Positions 19,106-28,363 of a DNA stretch of 59,244 nt are shown here, in pieces; the stretch's first letter is position 1; each line of letters starts with the position of its first letter. The notes beneath the pieces are model-generated. The model worked only from the letters and a program-made list of their open reading frames with translations. It was not told where the DNA came from and ran no database searches. Where the stretch lies: the NCBI GenBank assembly GCA_013203785.1, contig JABMPJ010000210.1, positions 1 through 59,244 on the forward strand. Direction: 5' to 3'. This DNA is from Lentisphaerota bacterium (GTDB lineage: Bacteria; Verrucomicrobiota; Kiritimatiellia; UBA8416; JABMPJ01). The position numbers and the translations under genes are program-made.

Positions 19106-20184
19106 CGAAACCACAGATGCGCTATGTCGATGAGCCCCTGCGAACGTCGAGGGGCTTGCGTGTGGATGGCGCAGATCGACATGGGCCGGGTGCGGATATC
19201 AGCGTCATTATTCCTGCCTACAACTCAGCGATGACGCTTGAGGCTGCTCTTGATTCAGTTGCGGCACAAAGCATCATCCAGGAGATTGATGGCGGAGCAT
19301 TGAATACTGTGGTCGAGGTTATCGTGGTGGATGATTGTTCTTCGGACGATACGCTTGGTGCGGCCCAACAATGGCTAAATCGCATCTCTCCCCCACCGTT
19401 CAGCTTCAGATTGTCGCGTCTTCCATCCAACGGTGGGCCTGCCGCCGCACGGAACGACGGCATCTCGAAGGCCTGTGGCAAGTGGGTGGCGTTTCTTGAT
19501 TCCGATGATGCTTGGTTGCCGCATCGATTGGCTGCGCAGATTACGCTTGCTGAGAAGTACCCTAGTGTTGCGATGTGGTGCGGGGAAACGATAGGGATGG
19601 AGATCGAAAGGGGTGAAAAAAGGGCTAAGGGAGGACAGCGGAAAACTGAAATGGCGGGGCGCGAGAACCTTCCGTCCTGTGAGGAGATTACACTCGAGAA
19701 TTTGGCCGTAGAGAATCCCGTCGCCACGTCAACTGTTCTTGTGAAGAAGTCCGTCCTTGATAAGGTGGGTGGGTTTGATGAGCAGTTTCGCGGGCCTGAG
19801 GACTACGATTTGTGGCTGCGTGTGGCTGCAATGGGGAGAGTCGTGAAGATGGTACAGCCCCTCTCACGGTATCGTTATGTGCAGGGGAGTCTGAGCCTGG
19901 ATGAGCGGCGTTTCATGCCTGAGGTGTTGCGGGTCTTGGACAAGGCTTTTGGGAGTGGTGGGGTTCTTGAGGGTCGGAAGGCGCTGAAGCGTGCGGCCCG
20001 GTCGACTCAGTTCTGGAGTGCATCGTGGATGGCATTCTGTCGTGGAGACCGCTGGCGTGCGGTTGAGTTGTGGGTAGCTGCGTATTGGCTTAACCTTTGG
20101 ACGGCGGCCAGGAAGAAGCGCAAATGGTGGCCGCTGCTGCTACGATACATGATGGGAAGGGTTAAAGAGAAGGCTGAGAGCTGA
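19102..20184 (+). CDS. GT2 family glycosyltransferase
   Basis: ISVIIPAYN, VVDDCSSD, GPAAARN.G, AFLDSDD.W, EDYDLWLR. Confidence 0.88.
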   Translation: MTKPQMRYVDEPLRTSRGLRVDGADRHGPGADISVIIPAYNSAMTLEAALDSVAAQSIIQEIDGGALNTVVEVIVVDDCSSDDTLGAAQQWLNRISPPPFSFRLSRLPSNGGPAAARNDGISKACGKWVAFLDSDDAWLPHRLAAQITLAEKYPSVAMWCGETIGMEIERGEKRAKGGQRKTEMAGRENLPSCEEITLENLAVENPVATSTVLVKKSVLDKVGGFDEQFRGPEDYDLWLRVAAMGRVVKMVQPLSRYRYVQGSLSLDERRFMPEVLRVLDKAFGSGGVLEGRKALKRAARSTQFWSASWMAFCRGDRWRAVELWVAAYWLNLWTAARKKRKWWPLLLRYMMGRVKEKAES

Positions 20185-20215
20185 AGCCGTGCCGATGGCG
20201 CGGCAAGTCTGGGAG
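20173..20215 (+). repeat. 43-bp direct repeat, copy 1, containing a small hairpin
   Basis: gctgagagctgaagccgtgccgatggcgcggcaagtctgggag; 34/43 identical to 20990-21032 by manual alignment. Confidence 0.5.
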
Positions 20216-20237
20216 TCGAAGGGAGGAAGGAAACGGC

Positions 20238-20912
20238 GTGATCTTGCCGGTTGATGCGATGAATGCAAAAACTTTGCTCAAGAGGCTGCTTCACTCTGGG
20301 TTGCCTGTGCCGACAGTGATTCAATCGGTGATCCGGTCGTGCTACCGTCTGGGCGTGACGGTGACGGAGTTCTTTCGCTGGCTGTATGGCTTTGTGATTG
20401 TGGCACCGGTGTTACGCTCAATTGCAAAGGTGGGTGAACAGTTACGGATCGAACGGATCCCCTATATCCGCGGCCCGGGTCGCGTCGTGATAGGTGACCG
20501 GGTCTATCTCTCAGGGAAGATCAATATTGGTTTTTCATCGAAAGATGCTGAGGTGCCAGAGTTGCAGATCGGGAACGATACCTTCATTGGACATGGCTGT
20601 TGTTTCAACGTGACCAGGAGGGTCTCGATTGGCTCGCAGGTGCTGCTGGCCGGGGGAGTGCGGATTCAGGACAGTGACGGGCACCCACTGGATGCCGAAA
20701 AGCGGCATGTCGGGTGCCCGGTTGCTCCTCAGGATGTGGCGTCTGTGAACATCGAAGACGGGGCCTGGATTGGACAGCAGTGCATAATCCTGAAGGGCGT
20801 CACGATCGGCCGTAATTCGGTGGTTGGTGCGGGATCTGTTGTGACCAAGGACATCCCGCCTGACACCTTGGTGGCTGGTGTTCCGGCGCGGGTGATTCGT
20901 GGGCTTGGATAG
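20238..20912 (+). CDS. Hexapeptide-repeat (maltose-O-acetyltransferase-like) acyltransferase
   Basis: LQIGNDTFIG, DSDGHP, IEDGAWIG..CIILKGVTIGRNSVVGAGSVVTKDIP...VAGVPARVIR. Confidence 0.88.
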   Translation: MILPVDAMNAKTLLKRLLHSGLPVPTVIQSVIRSCYRLGVTVTEFFRWLYGFVIVAPVLRSIAKVGEQLRIERIPYIRGPGRVVIGDRVYLSGKINIGFSSKDAEVPELQIGNDTFIGHGCCFNVTRRVSIGSQVLLAGGVRIQDSDGHPLDAEKRHVGCPVAPQDVASVNIEDGAWIGQQCIILKGVTIGRNSVVGAGSVVTKDIPPDTLVAGVPARVIRGLG

Positions 20913-20989
20913 GGAGAGAGTGGGGCCGCAGACTTGTCCCGCCCATGGCGGGACGGACGTAGGTAAGAGCCGATTGGTATAAGGACAGA

Positions 20990-21032
20990 GCTGCGAGCGG
21001 AAACCGCGTCGATGGCGCGGCAGGCCCGGAAG
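20990..21032 (+). repeat. 43-bp direct repeat, copy 2
   Basis: gctgcgagcggaaaccgcgtcgatggcgcggcaggcccggaag. Confidence 0.5.
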
Positions 21033-21054
21033 CTGAGAGAGAGAAGAGACCAAC

Positions 21055-22392
21055 GTGCCGTGTGCAACCAGATACATCAGTGACCTTGTCGGTGATCTTA
21101 AAGGATATCGTCGAGGGGCTATTCGGCGTGAGGTCGTTGCCAATATGTCACGGTCGAGCGAGCAGTTGACGGCCGTTGCGGAGCGTTTGCTGCAAGATCG
21201 AATCAGGGCCGCTTTGCGTGACTGCCCCCTCTACAGGGAGAAGGTGGATGCACATTGCGGTATGTTGCCTGATGCTGGATCCGTTCCCCTTGTCGAGCTG
21301 CCCGTGTGGACGAAGGCGGATCTACGGGCATTGTGGGAACAGGTGCATAACACCCCAGCTCCCGGAGGAATTCCTCACTCCACCGGGGGATCAACGGGTT
21401 CACCATCAAAGTTTTTTATTACACGTGAGAGCTATGAATGGCGCATGGCAGTGTCGGATCGTGGGTATGGCTGGGCGGGCGCGGACGAGGGAGCGCCATC
21501 CTACTATGTCTGGGGCGTATCGATTGCCCTGCCAAGTCTGCTACAGCGAGTGAAAGGCGATCTACAGCATAGGCTACAGCACAGGAAGTACTTCGACAGT
21601 TTTGATTTCGCCGACCATCGTAAGCAGGTGTGCTGTAGACAGATCGAGGCGTTTCGGCCGAAGGCGATCGTGGGGTACGCCGGAAACCTGGTGGATTTGG
21701 CAATGTTCGTGCGACGCAATCCAGATGCGCTGACTTGGCGTTCGGAAAGTGTGGTCACTGCGGCAGATGGATTGCGGCAGGGACAGCGTGAGTTGCTTGA
21801 GGAGACCCTTGGGAAAAGAGTGTTTCTGACCTATGGTAGCCGCGAGTTCATGTTGATCGGAGCCGAGTGTTCTGAGCACAAGGGATACCACTTGTCCGTC
21901 GACAACCTGTGGGTCGAGATCGTTGACGACCAGGGGTTGCCCGTTCCGGCTGGTGAGAGTGGCCGTATTCTAATCACTGACCTGCATAACACGGCAACGC
22001 CCTTTATTCGCTATGAGATTGCGGATGTGGGCGCGATGTCTTCCGAGCCGTGTTCTTGCGGTCTGCCATTTCCGCTGCTGGAACGTGTCGATGGCCGGAT
22101 GCAGGAGCGGATTGAACTACCGAGCGGAGAATCTTTGACGGCGCTGTTCATTCCTCACTTGATGAAGGAATTTGAATGGGTGCGAGCCTATCAAGTGCGG
22201 CAGTTGTCTGGCTCAGAGCTCTGCATGGACCTCATCACAGATGAACCGCTACAGGATGAGAAGACGAGCCTCATTGTCCGCTATCTGCAGCCGAGAGTGG
22301 GCGAGACTATGCGAGTAATCTGTAGGCGTGTCGATTCCCTGCAGAAGTCATCTTCGGGTAAGACCCCCATTGTGATTCGCGAGAAGGAGTAG
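21055..22392 (+). CDS. Phenylacetate-CoA ligase family (CapK-like) adenylate-forming enzyme
   Basis: STGGSTGSP, YGSRE, ITDLHN...PFIRYEIAD, CSCG, SSGK. Start uncertain. Confidence 0.82.
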   Translation: MPCATRYISDLVGDLKGYRRGAIRREVVANMSRSSEQLTAVAERLLQDRIRAALRDCPLYREKVDAHCGMLPDAGSVPLVELPVWTKADLRALWEQVHNTPAPGGIPHSTGGSTGSPSKFFITRESYEWRMAVSDRGYGWAGADEGAPSYYVWGVSIALPSLLQRVKGDLQHRLQHRKYFDSFDFADHRKQVCCRQIEAFRPKAIVGYAGNLVDLAMFVRRNPDALTWRSESVVTAADGLRQGQRELLEETLGKRVFLTYGSREFMLIGAECSEHKGYHLSVDNLWVEIVDDQGLPVPAGESGRILITDLHNTATPFIRYEIADVGAMSSEPCSCGLPFPLLERVDGRMQERIELPSGESLTALFIPHLMKEFEWVRAYQVRQLSGSELCMDLITDEPLQDEKTSLIVRYLQPRVGETMRVICRRVDSLQKSSSGKTPIVIREKE

Positions 22393-22398
22393 ACGGTC

Positions 22399-24285
22399 AT
22401 GTGTGGTATCTGCGGTGTTATTGCGACTTCGGGAATGGAGCTGGAGTCTGTTGTCAGGAGCATGAGTGCTTCCCTCGAGCACCGTGGTCCCGATGCTGCG
22501 GGATTTGCAGCAGGCAGGGGATGGGCGTTAGGGCACCAGAGGCTCAGTATCGTTGATCTCTCCGAAAAAGCCAGGCAGCCCATGGAGAACGAGGATGGGA
22601 GCTGTGCCCTGGTCTGTAACGGAGAGATATACAACCATTTGGATATTAGAGGACAGTTGCTCGCCGATGGTCACATATTCAAGAGTAACTCGGACTCCGA
22701 GGCCATTCTACATCTGTTGGAGGACGGCTCCGCAGGCGTGGCCCGCCTCAATGGCATGTTTGCATTTGCCTTCCTCGATAAGCGATCCCGAAAGCTCATC
22801 CTGTGCCGTGACCGTTTGGGGATCAAGCCGCTTTACTACTATCGGTGGCCCGGCGGGTTTGCATTCGCCTCCGAGAGCAAGGCTTTTGCCTCGCTGCCGA
22901 ATTGGCGCGCCAGCCTGAAGAGGGAGGTGCTGGGCGAATACTTTCGCTATCGTTTCATTGCGGGTGAGGAAACGCTGCTGGATGGCGTGACCTTGCTTCC
23001 TCCCGCAAGTCTTCTATTCCTGGATCTGGATTCCCTGAACGTTGACATCCGTTCGTATTGGGATGTGTCCAGAATCCGCGAAGCTCCCCTGGAAAATGAG
23101 GACGAGCAGCTCTTGGAGCTGCTTAGACAGAGCGTTCGGGACCGCCTTATGAGCGATGTTCCCTTGGGGGCACAGCTTAGCGGCGGGTTGGATTCGAGCC
23201 TCATAGCGGCACTGGCGGTAGAAGCCGGTCACCGCAATTTCCACACTTTCTCGGTCTGTTTTGATGAGGGGGACAGCGAGGAGAAGCAGGCCTTGCAGGT
23301 CGCGGAAGTCCTAGGGACAAAGCACCACCCTATCCGATATTCGGAGGCCGACTTCACAAGAGATCTCGTGGCGGGAACCCGCTTCAATGATGATCCCCTC
23401 AATCATGCAAACAGCCTGCCAATGATGAAGTTGTGCAGAGAGGCAAAGAAGGATGTTACTGTGTTGCTTACCGGAGAAGGAGCCGACGAGCTGTTTGCCG
23501 GATACTCCTGGCACCGACGGATGGCCAGGTTTGAGAGGCTATGGCCGCTGGCGGGCATGATGCCGTTGAGAGGTGTTGAGAGACTGGTGGCCATGCGGTC
23601 AAAGGCCGCGCGGGTTCTCGCGTTCGCAGGTCTCTCCCGGGAGCTCGCAGCCATTCGCGCATCGGAATGGGTTTCTGGCCGTGCACTGAAGGCTGTTGGC
23701 ATTGCTGATTCATGGCGCGAGGAAACGAGAAAAGCCCGTCTTGGCAATATCGATGCGTTCGACCTGCTCTTCGCGGCGCTCGATGTCGATAGACGGGCGT
23801 ACCTCACCAATGTGCTTCATCGCCAGGATCGCATGAGCATGGCGTGCGCCATAGAGTCGCGTGTCCCGTTCTTGGATCATCGCGTGGTGGAGTTCTCTAT
23901 GCAGCTGGGACGAGATGCGCTCATGGGCGGAATCCAGGGGAAGCAGATCTTGCGCCGCGTTGCCCGTAATTTCTTGCCCGCCGCGATAACGTTCCAGCCC
24001 AAGATAGGCTTCCGTGTTCCGCTTTCGCTGTGGTTTCAGCGAGAGCGCGGACTGGGCGGGCTGTTGCACTGGTTGCATGATGAGCGAGCTGCGATGCGGG
24101 GTATCTGGGATCCGGAGAAGGCGAGGACCGTGATCGCAGAGCATCAAACAGGAACGGCTGACTGGTCTGATCTGTTATGGGTGTTGTTGACATTCGAGGT
24201 CTGGGCTCGACTGCGCCTCGATGGGGAGTCGCAGGAGGCCTTGTGTGATCAAGTGTATCGCATGACTGAACTGAGGGATACTTGA
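22399..24285 (+). CDS. asnB: Asparagine synthase (glutamine-hydrolysing) family amidotransferase
   Basis: MCGICG, HRGPD, NGEIYN, RDRLGIKPLYY, LSGGLDSS, GEGADELFAGY, DRMSMA..IESRVPFLD. Confidence 0.92.
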   Translation: MCGICGVIATSGMELESVVRSMSASLEHRGPDAAGFAAGRGWALGHQRLSIVDLSEKARQPMENEDGSCALVCNGEIYNHLDIRGQLLADGHIFKSNSDSEAILHLLEDGSAGVARLNGMFAFAFLDKRSRKLILCRDRLGIKPLYYYRWPGGFAFASESKAFASLPNWRASLKREVLGEYFRYRFIAGEETLLDGVTLLPPASLLFLDLDSLNVDIRSYWDVSRIREAPLENEDEQLLELLRQSVRDRLMSDVPLGAQLSGGLDSSLIAALAVEAGHRNFHTFSVCFDEGDSEEKQALQVAEVLGTKHHPIRYSEADFTRDLVAGTRFNDDPLNHANSLPMMKLCREAKKDVTVLLTGEGADELFAGYSWHRRMARFERLWPLAGMMPLRGVERLVAMRSKAARVLAFAGLSRELAAIRASEWVSGRALKAVGIADSWREETRKARLGNIDAFDLLFAALDVDRRAYLTNVLHRQDRMSMACAIESRVPFLDHRVVEFSMQLGRDALMGGIQGKQILRRVARNFLPAAITFQPKIGFRVPLSLWFQRERGLGGLLHWLHDERAAMRGIWDPEKARTVIAEHQTGTADWSDLLWVLLTFEVWARLRLDGESQEALCDQVYRMTELRDT

Positions 24286-24289
24286 ACTC

Positions 24290-25441
24290 ATGAGACCATC
24301 TCCAGTTGTTGCCCAAGTCGTGCCCTCTTTGGCTCTCGGAGGAATGGAGCGCATGGTGGGTGATATGCTCAGGGAGGCAGACCGACGAGGGGACCCCGCC
24401 ATGCTGTTCTGCACCGACAGCGCGGGTTTCCTGTACGATAGCATGCCGGCGATCACGAAGGCGGTTGGGCATCGGCATCCGTCGTTGGCAGGCTTCGACC
24501 CCGGATTGCTTTACCGTATGGTCTCTTGCTTTCGTAAAGCGTCTGTCGATATCCTGCACGCACACAACCTTGTCGCTCAACTCTATGCAGCCTTGGCGGC
24601 CAAGGTGCTCAGGATCCCATGCGTAGCGACAGTGCACGGCCAAGGCGTGACCTATGGACGTCGCGGCAACCGGCTCAAGCGAGTTCTCGGGCGATTGACG
24701 GACACCACAGTTGCTGTCTCAAACGATGCTGCGGGTGTACTCCTAGCTCAGCACGCCGTCAACAGAAGCCGATTGTCGGTGATCGCAAACGGAGTATCTC
24801 CGACCGTAGCCTCCGCCCTTTTGGACATCAGCGCCGGAGGGCGGTCTGCAGCCCGTTGCCGCCTCGGGGTCCGTGGTGATGCGATTGTGATCGGCAGTGT
24901 AGGCCGTTTCTCAGTGGAGAAGAACTACCCCATGCTGGTAGAGGCTGTTGCGGAGCTCTGTGTCGGATTGGAGGGCGGAGATACAACACGTCCTCTGCAA
25001 TTGGTCTTGATTGGCGAAGGGCCAGATGAATACCGCATTCGCGAATCGATTAGCGCGGCGGGGTTTGAAGACGGTGTCCTTCTGCCCGGGCGGTCGGATG
25101 AAGTGTCGGAATGGTTGAAGGCTATGGACATATTCTGTCTCTCTTCTGACACTGAGGGAATGTCACTGTCGTTACTGGAGGCTTGCTGGGCAGGGCTCCC
25201 CGCTGTGGTTACTGATGTGGGGGGGAACGCCGAGGTCGTTGTGCCAGGTCAGACTGGTACGGTCATCGGGGCGAGAGACCGGGCAGCCATGGTGGATGCG
25301 CTTCGGCCGCTTGTTCTTGACGAGGTCCTTCGCAAAGCGATGGGTATGCGCGCACGCCAGAACGCAAAGGAACGGTTCAGTTTTGAGCGAACATATAACG
25401 AGTATGTGAAGCTCTACCAAGCTCTCTGTGGGGCGCAATGA
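24290..25441 (+). CDS. GT4 family glycosyltransferase
   Basis: GGMER, VIANGV, VGRFSVEK, FCLSS.TEGM...LLEA..AGLP.V.TDVGG. Confidence 0.88.
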   Translation: MRPSPVVAQVVPSLALGGMERMVGDMLREADRRGDPAMLFCTDSAGFLYDSMPAITKAVGHRHPSLAGFDPGLLYRMVSCFRKASVDILHAHNLVAQLYAALAAKVLRIPCVATVHGQGVTYGRRGNRLKRVLGRLTDTTVAVSNDAAGVLLAQHAVNRSRLSVIANGVSPTVASALLDISAGGRSAARCRLGVRGDAIVIGSVGRFSVEKNYPMLVEAVAELCVGLEGGDTTRPLQLVLIGEGPDEYRIRESISAAGFEDGVLLPGRSDEVSEWLKAMDIFCLSSDTEGMSLSLLEACWAGLPAVVTDVGGNAEVVVPGQTGTVIGARDRAAMVDALRPLVLDEVLRKAMGMRARQNAKERFSFERTYNEYVKLYQALCGAQ

Positions 25442-26850
25442 AACTCCTTGCGGTAACCAATCTCTATCCTCTCCCATGCGAGCCGCGTCGAGGGATGTTC
25501 AATGCGCAGCTCTTCGCCGCGCTGGTTGGGCAGGGCGTTGAACTGTCGACTATTGTCCTCGTGCCCGAGTGGCGAATGTGGCGGTGGTCGACAATCCGGC
25601 GCTGGGACGCGCCGTATCGGAGGGCTGGGGGCGGATCCGCCTGCGCTAACCGGCTTCGCCAAGGCTTCGCAAGTCAAGAGGCTACGGAGGAGAAGACGCT
25701 GGACGTTGGAGTGGGGGATGGAAGGCTACCCGCAGTCAGATACGTTCCGGTCTTTCATCTTCCGGTAGTGGGCCGCAACATGGCGTCGCGGTTTCATGTG
25801 TGGGCGTTGCGGAGACATCGTGCCTTATATGAGGCATGTGATGCTGTTCTGGCCACATGGCTGTATCCTGACGCGGTAGCGGCGGGGGTTGTCGCCGGCG
25901 AATGCGGGAAGCCGTTTTGGGTCAAAGTGCATGGGACGGACCGTTTTCATATGGAGCATCCGGGAAGGAGGGCGACAATCCAAGACGTCGCGAAGGACGC
26001 TGCAGGCTTCTTGCCTAACGCACAGTTCCTTGCTGAATACCTGGTGGAACACGGCATACCTGAGCAGAAAGTGCATGTCGTGCGGCACGGTGTTGATCGT
26101 GACCGGTTTCATTTCAGACCGCGCGAAGAGGCGGCTGCGGTGCTTCAGAAGGTGGAAACGCAGATCCTCCTGAGCCCTGCGGGCTATAGTGGACAAGTGA
26201 ACGCGGATGAATGCGGATGTGAGATGAGGAAGACGATTCTGTATGTGGGCAATCTGGAGCACATTAAAGGGCCCGATAGACTGCTTCATGCGTGTGCGCA
26301 CATGATACGGAGAGATGAAAGCGGACCGCCTTCCTCCAACTCGTTTCGCCAAGGCTTTGCAGGTCAAGAGGCTCCGATGGACAGGGATCTAAAAACTGAA
26401 GGGCACTACGATCTGGACGTGGTGTTCGTTGGGAATGGCTCCATGCGGGGGCGGCTTGAGGCGCGGGCCAGGGATCTTGGTGTTGCCGGTCGCATCCATT
26501 TCCTTGGCAGTCGACCACACGAAGAGGTAGCGCTGTGGATGAGCGTGGCAGATTGTCTTTGTCTGCCGAGTCGGTCGGAGGGCATGCCCAATGTTGTAAT
26601 GGAGGCGCTGGCGAGTGGTTGTCCTGTGGCGGCAACGGATGTTGGTGACGTGAAGTGGTTGTTGAAGGATGGTGTGAACGGCTATGTTGTTGGCAACAGC
26701 GAATCGGAAGTGGTGACTGATCTGTCTCGCGCCATTGGCAGCGTGCTGAGTGAGAGATGGGATCGAGGTGCCATTGCCGCGTCAATGAAGGGCCAGACGT
26801 GGGAGCAAGCGGCCAAGGCTATCGTTCAGCGTCTGAAGGGGGCTGGTTGA
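25438..26850 (+). CDS. GT4 glycosyltransferase (TuaC-like) with three in-frame repeat insertions
   Basis: TNLYP...P.RG.F, WLYPDAVA, VHGTD, VGNL...KG, LPSRSEGMPNV.MEALASG. Confidence 0.85.
   Translation: MKLLAVTNLYPLPCEPRRGMFNAQLFAALVGQGVELSTIVLVPEWRMWRWSTIRRWDAPYRRAGGGSACANRLRQGFASQEATEEKTLDVGVGDGRLPAVRYVPVFHLPVVGRNMASRFHVWALRRHRALYEACDAVLATWLYPDAVAAGVVAGECGKPFWVKVHGTDRFHMEHPGRRATIQDVAKDAAGFLPNAQFLAEYLVEHGIPEQKVHVVRHGVDRDRFHFRPREEAAAVLQKVETQILLSPAGYSGQVNADECGCEMRKTILYVGNLEHIKGPDRLLHACAHMIRRDESGPPSSNSFRQGFAGQEAPMDRDLKTEGHYDLDVVFVGNGSMRGRLEARARDLGVAGRIHFLGSRPHEEVALWMSVADCLCLPSRSEGMPNVVMEALASGCPVAATDVGDVKWLLKDGVNGYVVGNSESEVVTDLSRAIGSVLSERWDRGAIAASMKGQTWEQAAKAIVQRLKGAG
25636..25695 (-). repeat. 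Nested family B composite (60 bp), in frame
   Basis: + strand tccgcctgcgcta[accggcttcgccaaggcttcgcaagtcaag]aggctacggaggagaag. Confidence 0.6.
26165..26197 (-). repeat. 33-bp family B element inserted into an A-like arm array, in frame
   Basis: + strand aaacgcaga[tcctcctgagccctgcgggctatagtggacaag]tgaacgcggatgaatgcggatg. Confidence 0.6.
26326..26385 (-). repeat. Second nested family B composite, direct repeat of 25636-25695
   Basis: ccgccttcctccaactcgtttcgccaaggctttgcaggtcaagaggctccgatggacagg; peptide FRQGFAGQEA versus LRQGFASQEA. Confidence 0.6.
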
Positions 26851-28154
26851 TGGATTTCGTGATTGTGGCAAACGCATGGGGTGCGGGGATGGATAATCCC
26901 ACCAGTAAGCACCAGATCGCCTTGGAACTGGCCCGACAGGACCATCGTGTTCTGTGGGTCGAAGGGGCGGGCATGCGCAGTCCGAGCTTGGGCTCGGGTT
27001 CGGATCGAGGCCGTATCCTTCGCAAGATTATGAAATCACTGCGGCCAGCCACACGTGTCCCCTGCGAGGGGCTCTCTATCTGGGTGTTGGCCCCGCTCCT
27101 GATCCCTATTCCTTCCAATGTGACGATACGCCTACTCAACTCCTGGATCTACTTCTTGACAGCTCGATTGTGGTGCATTCTGCTTCGCTTCAGGAGCCCT
27201 GTCCTGATCAACTACGTGCCCGTCCTCGCCGAAGTGGAACGACTTTGGGGGGGCCGCCGTCGCCCCTCGGGCTTTGGAGGGCAAGCGGAGGTCCAAGATC
27301 AGAAGTCGGATGGCGCGACTGTCGTCTATCATTGTGTTGATCGCTGGGACTCATTTGGTACCTATGATACTGAGATGATGCGCAAGGTCGATGAGGACTG
27401 CTGCCGGTATGCGGATGTGGTAATCGCTTCAGCGAGTGACCTCTTCGAACGGTGCAAGACCTACAACGCGAACACATACCTTGTACGGCACGGTGTGAAC
27501 TACGAGCATTTTGCGGGTGCGCTCGGACTGCGGCATGAACGCCCGAACGACTTGCCCGGAGGGCCGACCGTGGGGTTCTTTGGGTTGCTTTCAGAATGGG
27601 TGGATCAGGATCTGCTCATTACCTTGGCCCGCACACTGCGAGGAGCAGGCGAAGGGGTGCCACAGAGCGAGGCCTCTCCGATTTCCGACCTCCGATCTTC
27701 GACCTCCAGACGCGCCAGCGTCGTCCTGATCGGCAGGGCCGATGTGGATATCTCCCGTTTGGAGGCCGAAGCGAACATCCATATTCTTGGCCCCAAGCCG
27801 TTTGCTGACCTCCCTGCCTACGCGGCGTGGTTTGATGTCGGGGTCATCCCGTTCGTCGTGAACGAGCTAACAAGTGCTGTCAATCCTATCAAGCTTAGAG
27901 AGATGATTGCTGCGGGATGTCCAGTTGTCTCGACGCCCATGCGCGAGGTCGAGGTCTGTGTGCAGCAGCTCGATGAGGGTGCGACCGTCTCTCTTTCTCC
28001 CGCCGAAATCGGTCACAGTCATGAAGAGTTTATTACAGCGGTGACCACGATTCTTTCGAATCCTATCGATGCGGCCGACCGTCGCCGAATCAGTCTTACG
28101 GTTGCGGCTGAAACATGGTCCACCAAGGTTGGCGAGATCCTGCGCCTGCTCTAG
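26850..28154 (+). CDS. GT4-type glycosyltransferase (TuaH-like) with in-frame repeat insertions
   Basis: TGATG coupling; TSKHQIA, VYHCVD, HGVNYEHF, GFFGLLSEWVD, NPIKLREM.A.G.PVVST. Confidence 0.85.
   Translation: MDFVIVANAWGAGMDNPTSKHQIALELARQDHRVLWVEGAGMRSPSLGSGSDRGRILRKIMKSLRPATRVPCEGLSIWVLAPLLIPIPSNVTIRLLNSWIYFLTARLWCILLRFRSPVLINYVPVLAEVERLWGGRRRPSGFGGQAEVQDQKSDGATVVYHCVDRWDSFGTYDTEMMRKVDEDCCRYADVVIASASDLFERCKTYNANTYLVRHGVNYEHFAGALGLRHERPNDLPGGPTVGFFGLLSEWVDQDLLITLARTLRGAGEGVPQSEASPISDLRSSTSRRASVVLIGRADVDISRLEAEANIHILGPKPFADLPAYAAWFDVGVIPFVVNELTSAVNPIKLREMIAAGCPVVSTPMREVEVCVQQLDEGATVSLSPAEIGHSHEEFITAVTTILSNPIDAADRRRISLTVAAETWSTKVGEILRLL
27253..27309 (-). repeat. Family B element plus heptamer array, in frame
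   Basis: Minus strand ccgactt ctgatct tggacct ccg|cttgccctccaaagcccgaggggcgacggcggc; same gacctccgcttgccc junction as 8448-8462. Confidence 0.65.
27678..27705 (+). repeat. Heptamer array (family C) inside the CDS
   Basis: ccgattt ccgacct ccgatct tcgacct. Confidence 0.65.
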
Positions 28155-28281
28155 CTGGCTTTCGCATCTGTTGCCCCATCCGCGGGCAGCTGATCCTCTG
28201 CGCCTCTCTCTTTCCCCCAGCAAAGCTCTGCCCGGGTAACCTCTGCTTCGACCTATGGCTTGAGGTGAGCGTAGGTGTCTT

Positions 28282-28310
28282 TTGACAGAATCTTTACAAC
28301 TCAATGACAT
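28282..28310 (+). promoter_or_regulatory. Possible sigma70 promoter for the giant gene
   Basis: Perfect TTGACA at 28282, but only a weak -10 (TGACAT) at 17 bp spacing. Confidence 0.25.
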
Positions 28311-28363
28311 GCATCAATGGGTGGCCGGTTATGATTGAAGTAGATGAAAAAGGGGGTTTCCTC

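Noticed and set aside
21055-24285. Phenylacetate catabolism or asparagine biosynthesis
   Set aside because: Context among glycosyltransferases fits the known CapK-like and glycan amidotransferase roles.
28165-28190. catctg..catccgcgggcag as an eighth family A arm upstream of the giant gene
   Set aside because: Only ~13 bp of similarity, too degenerate to call.
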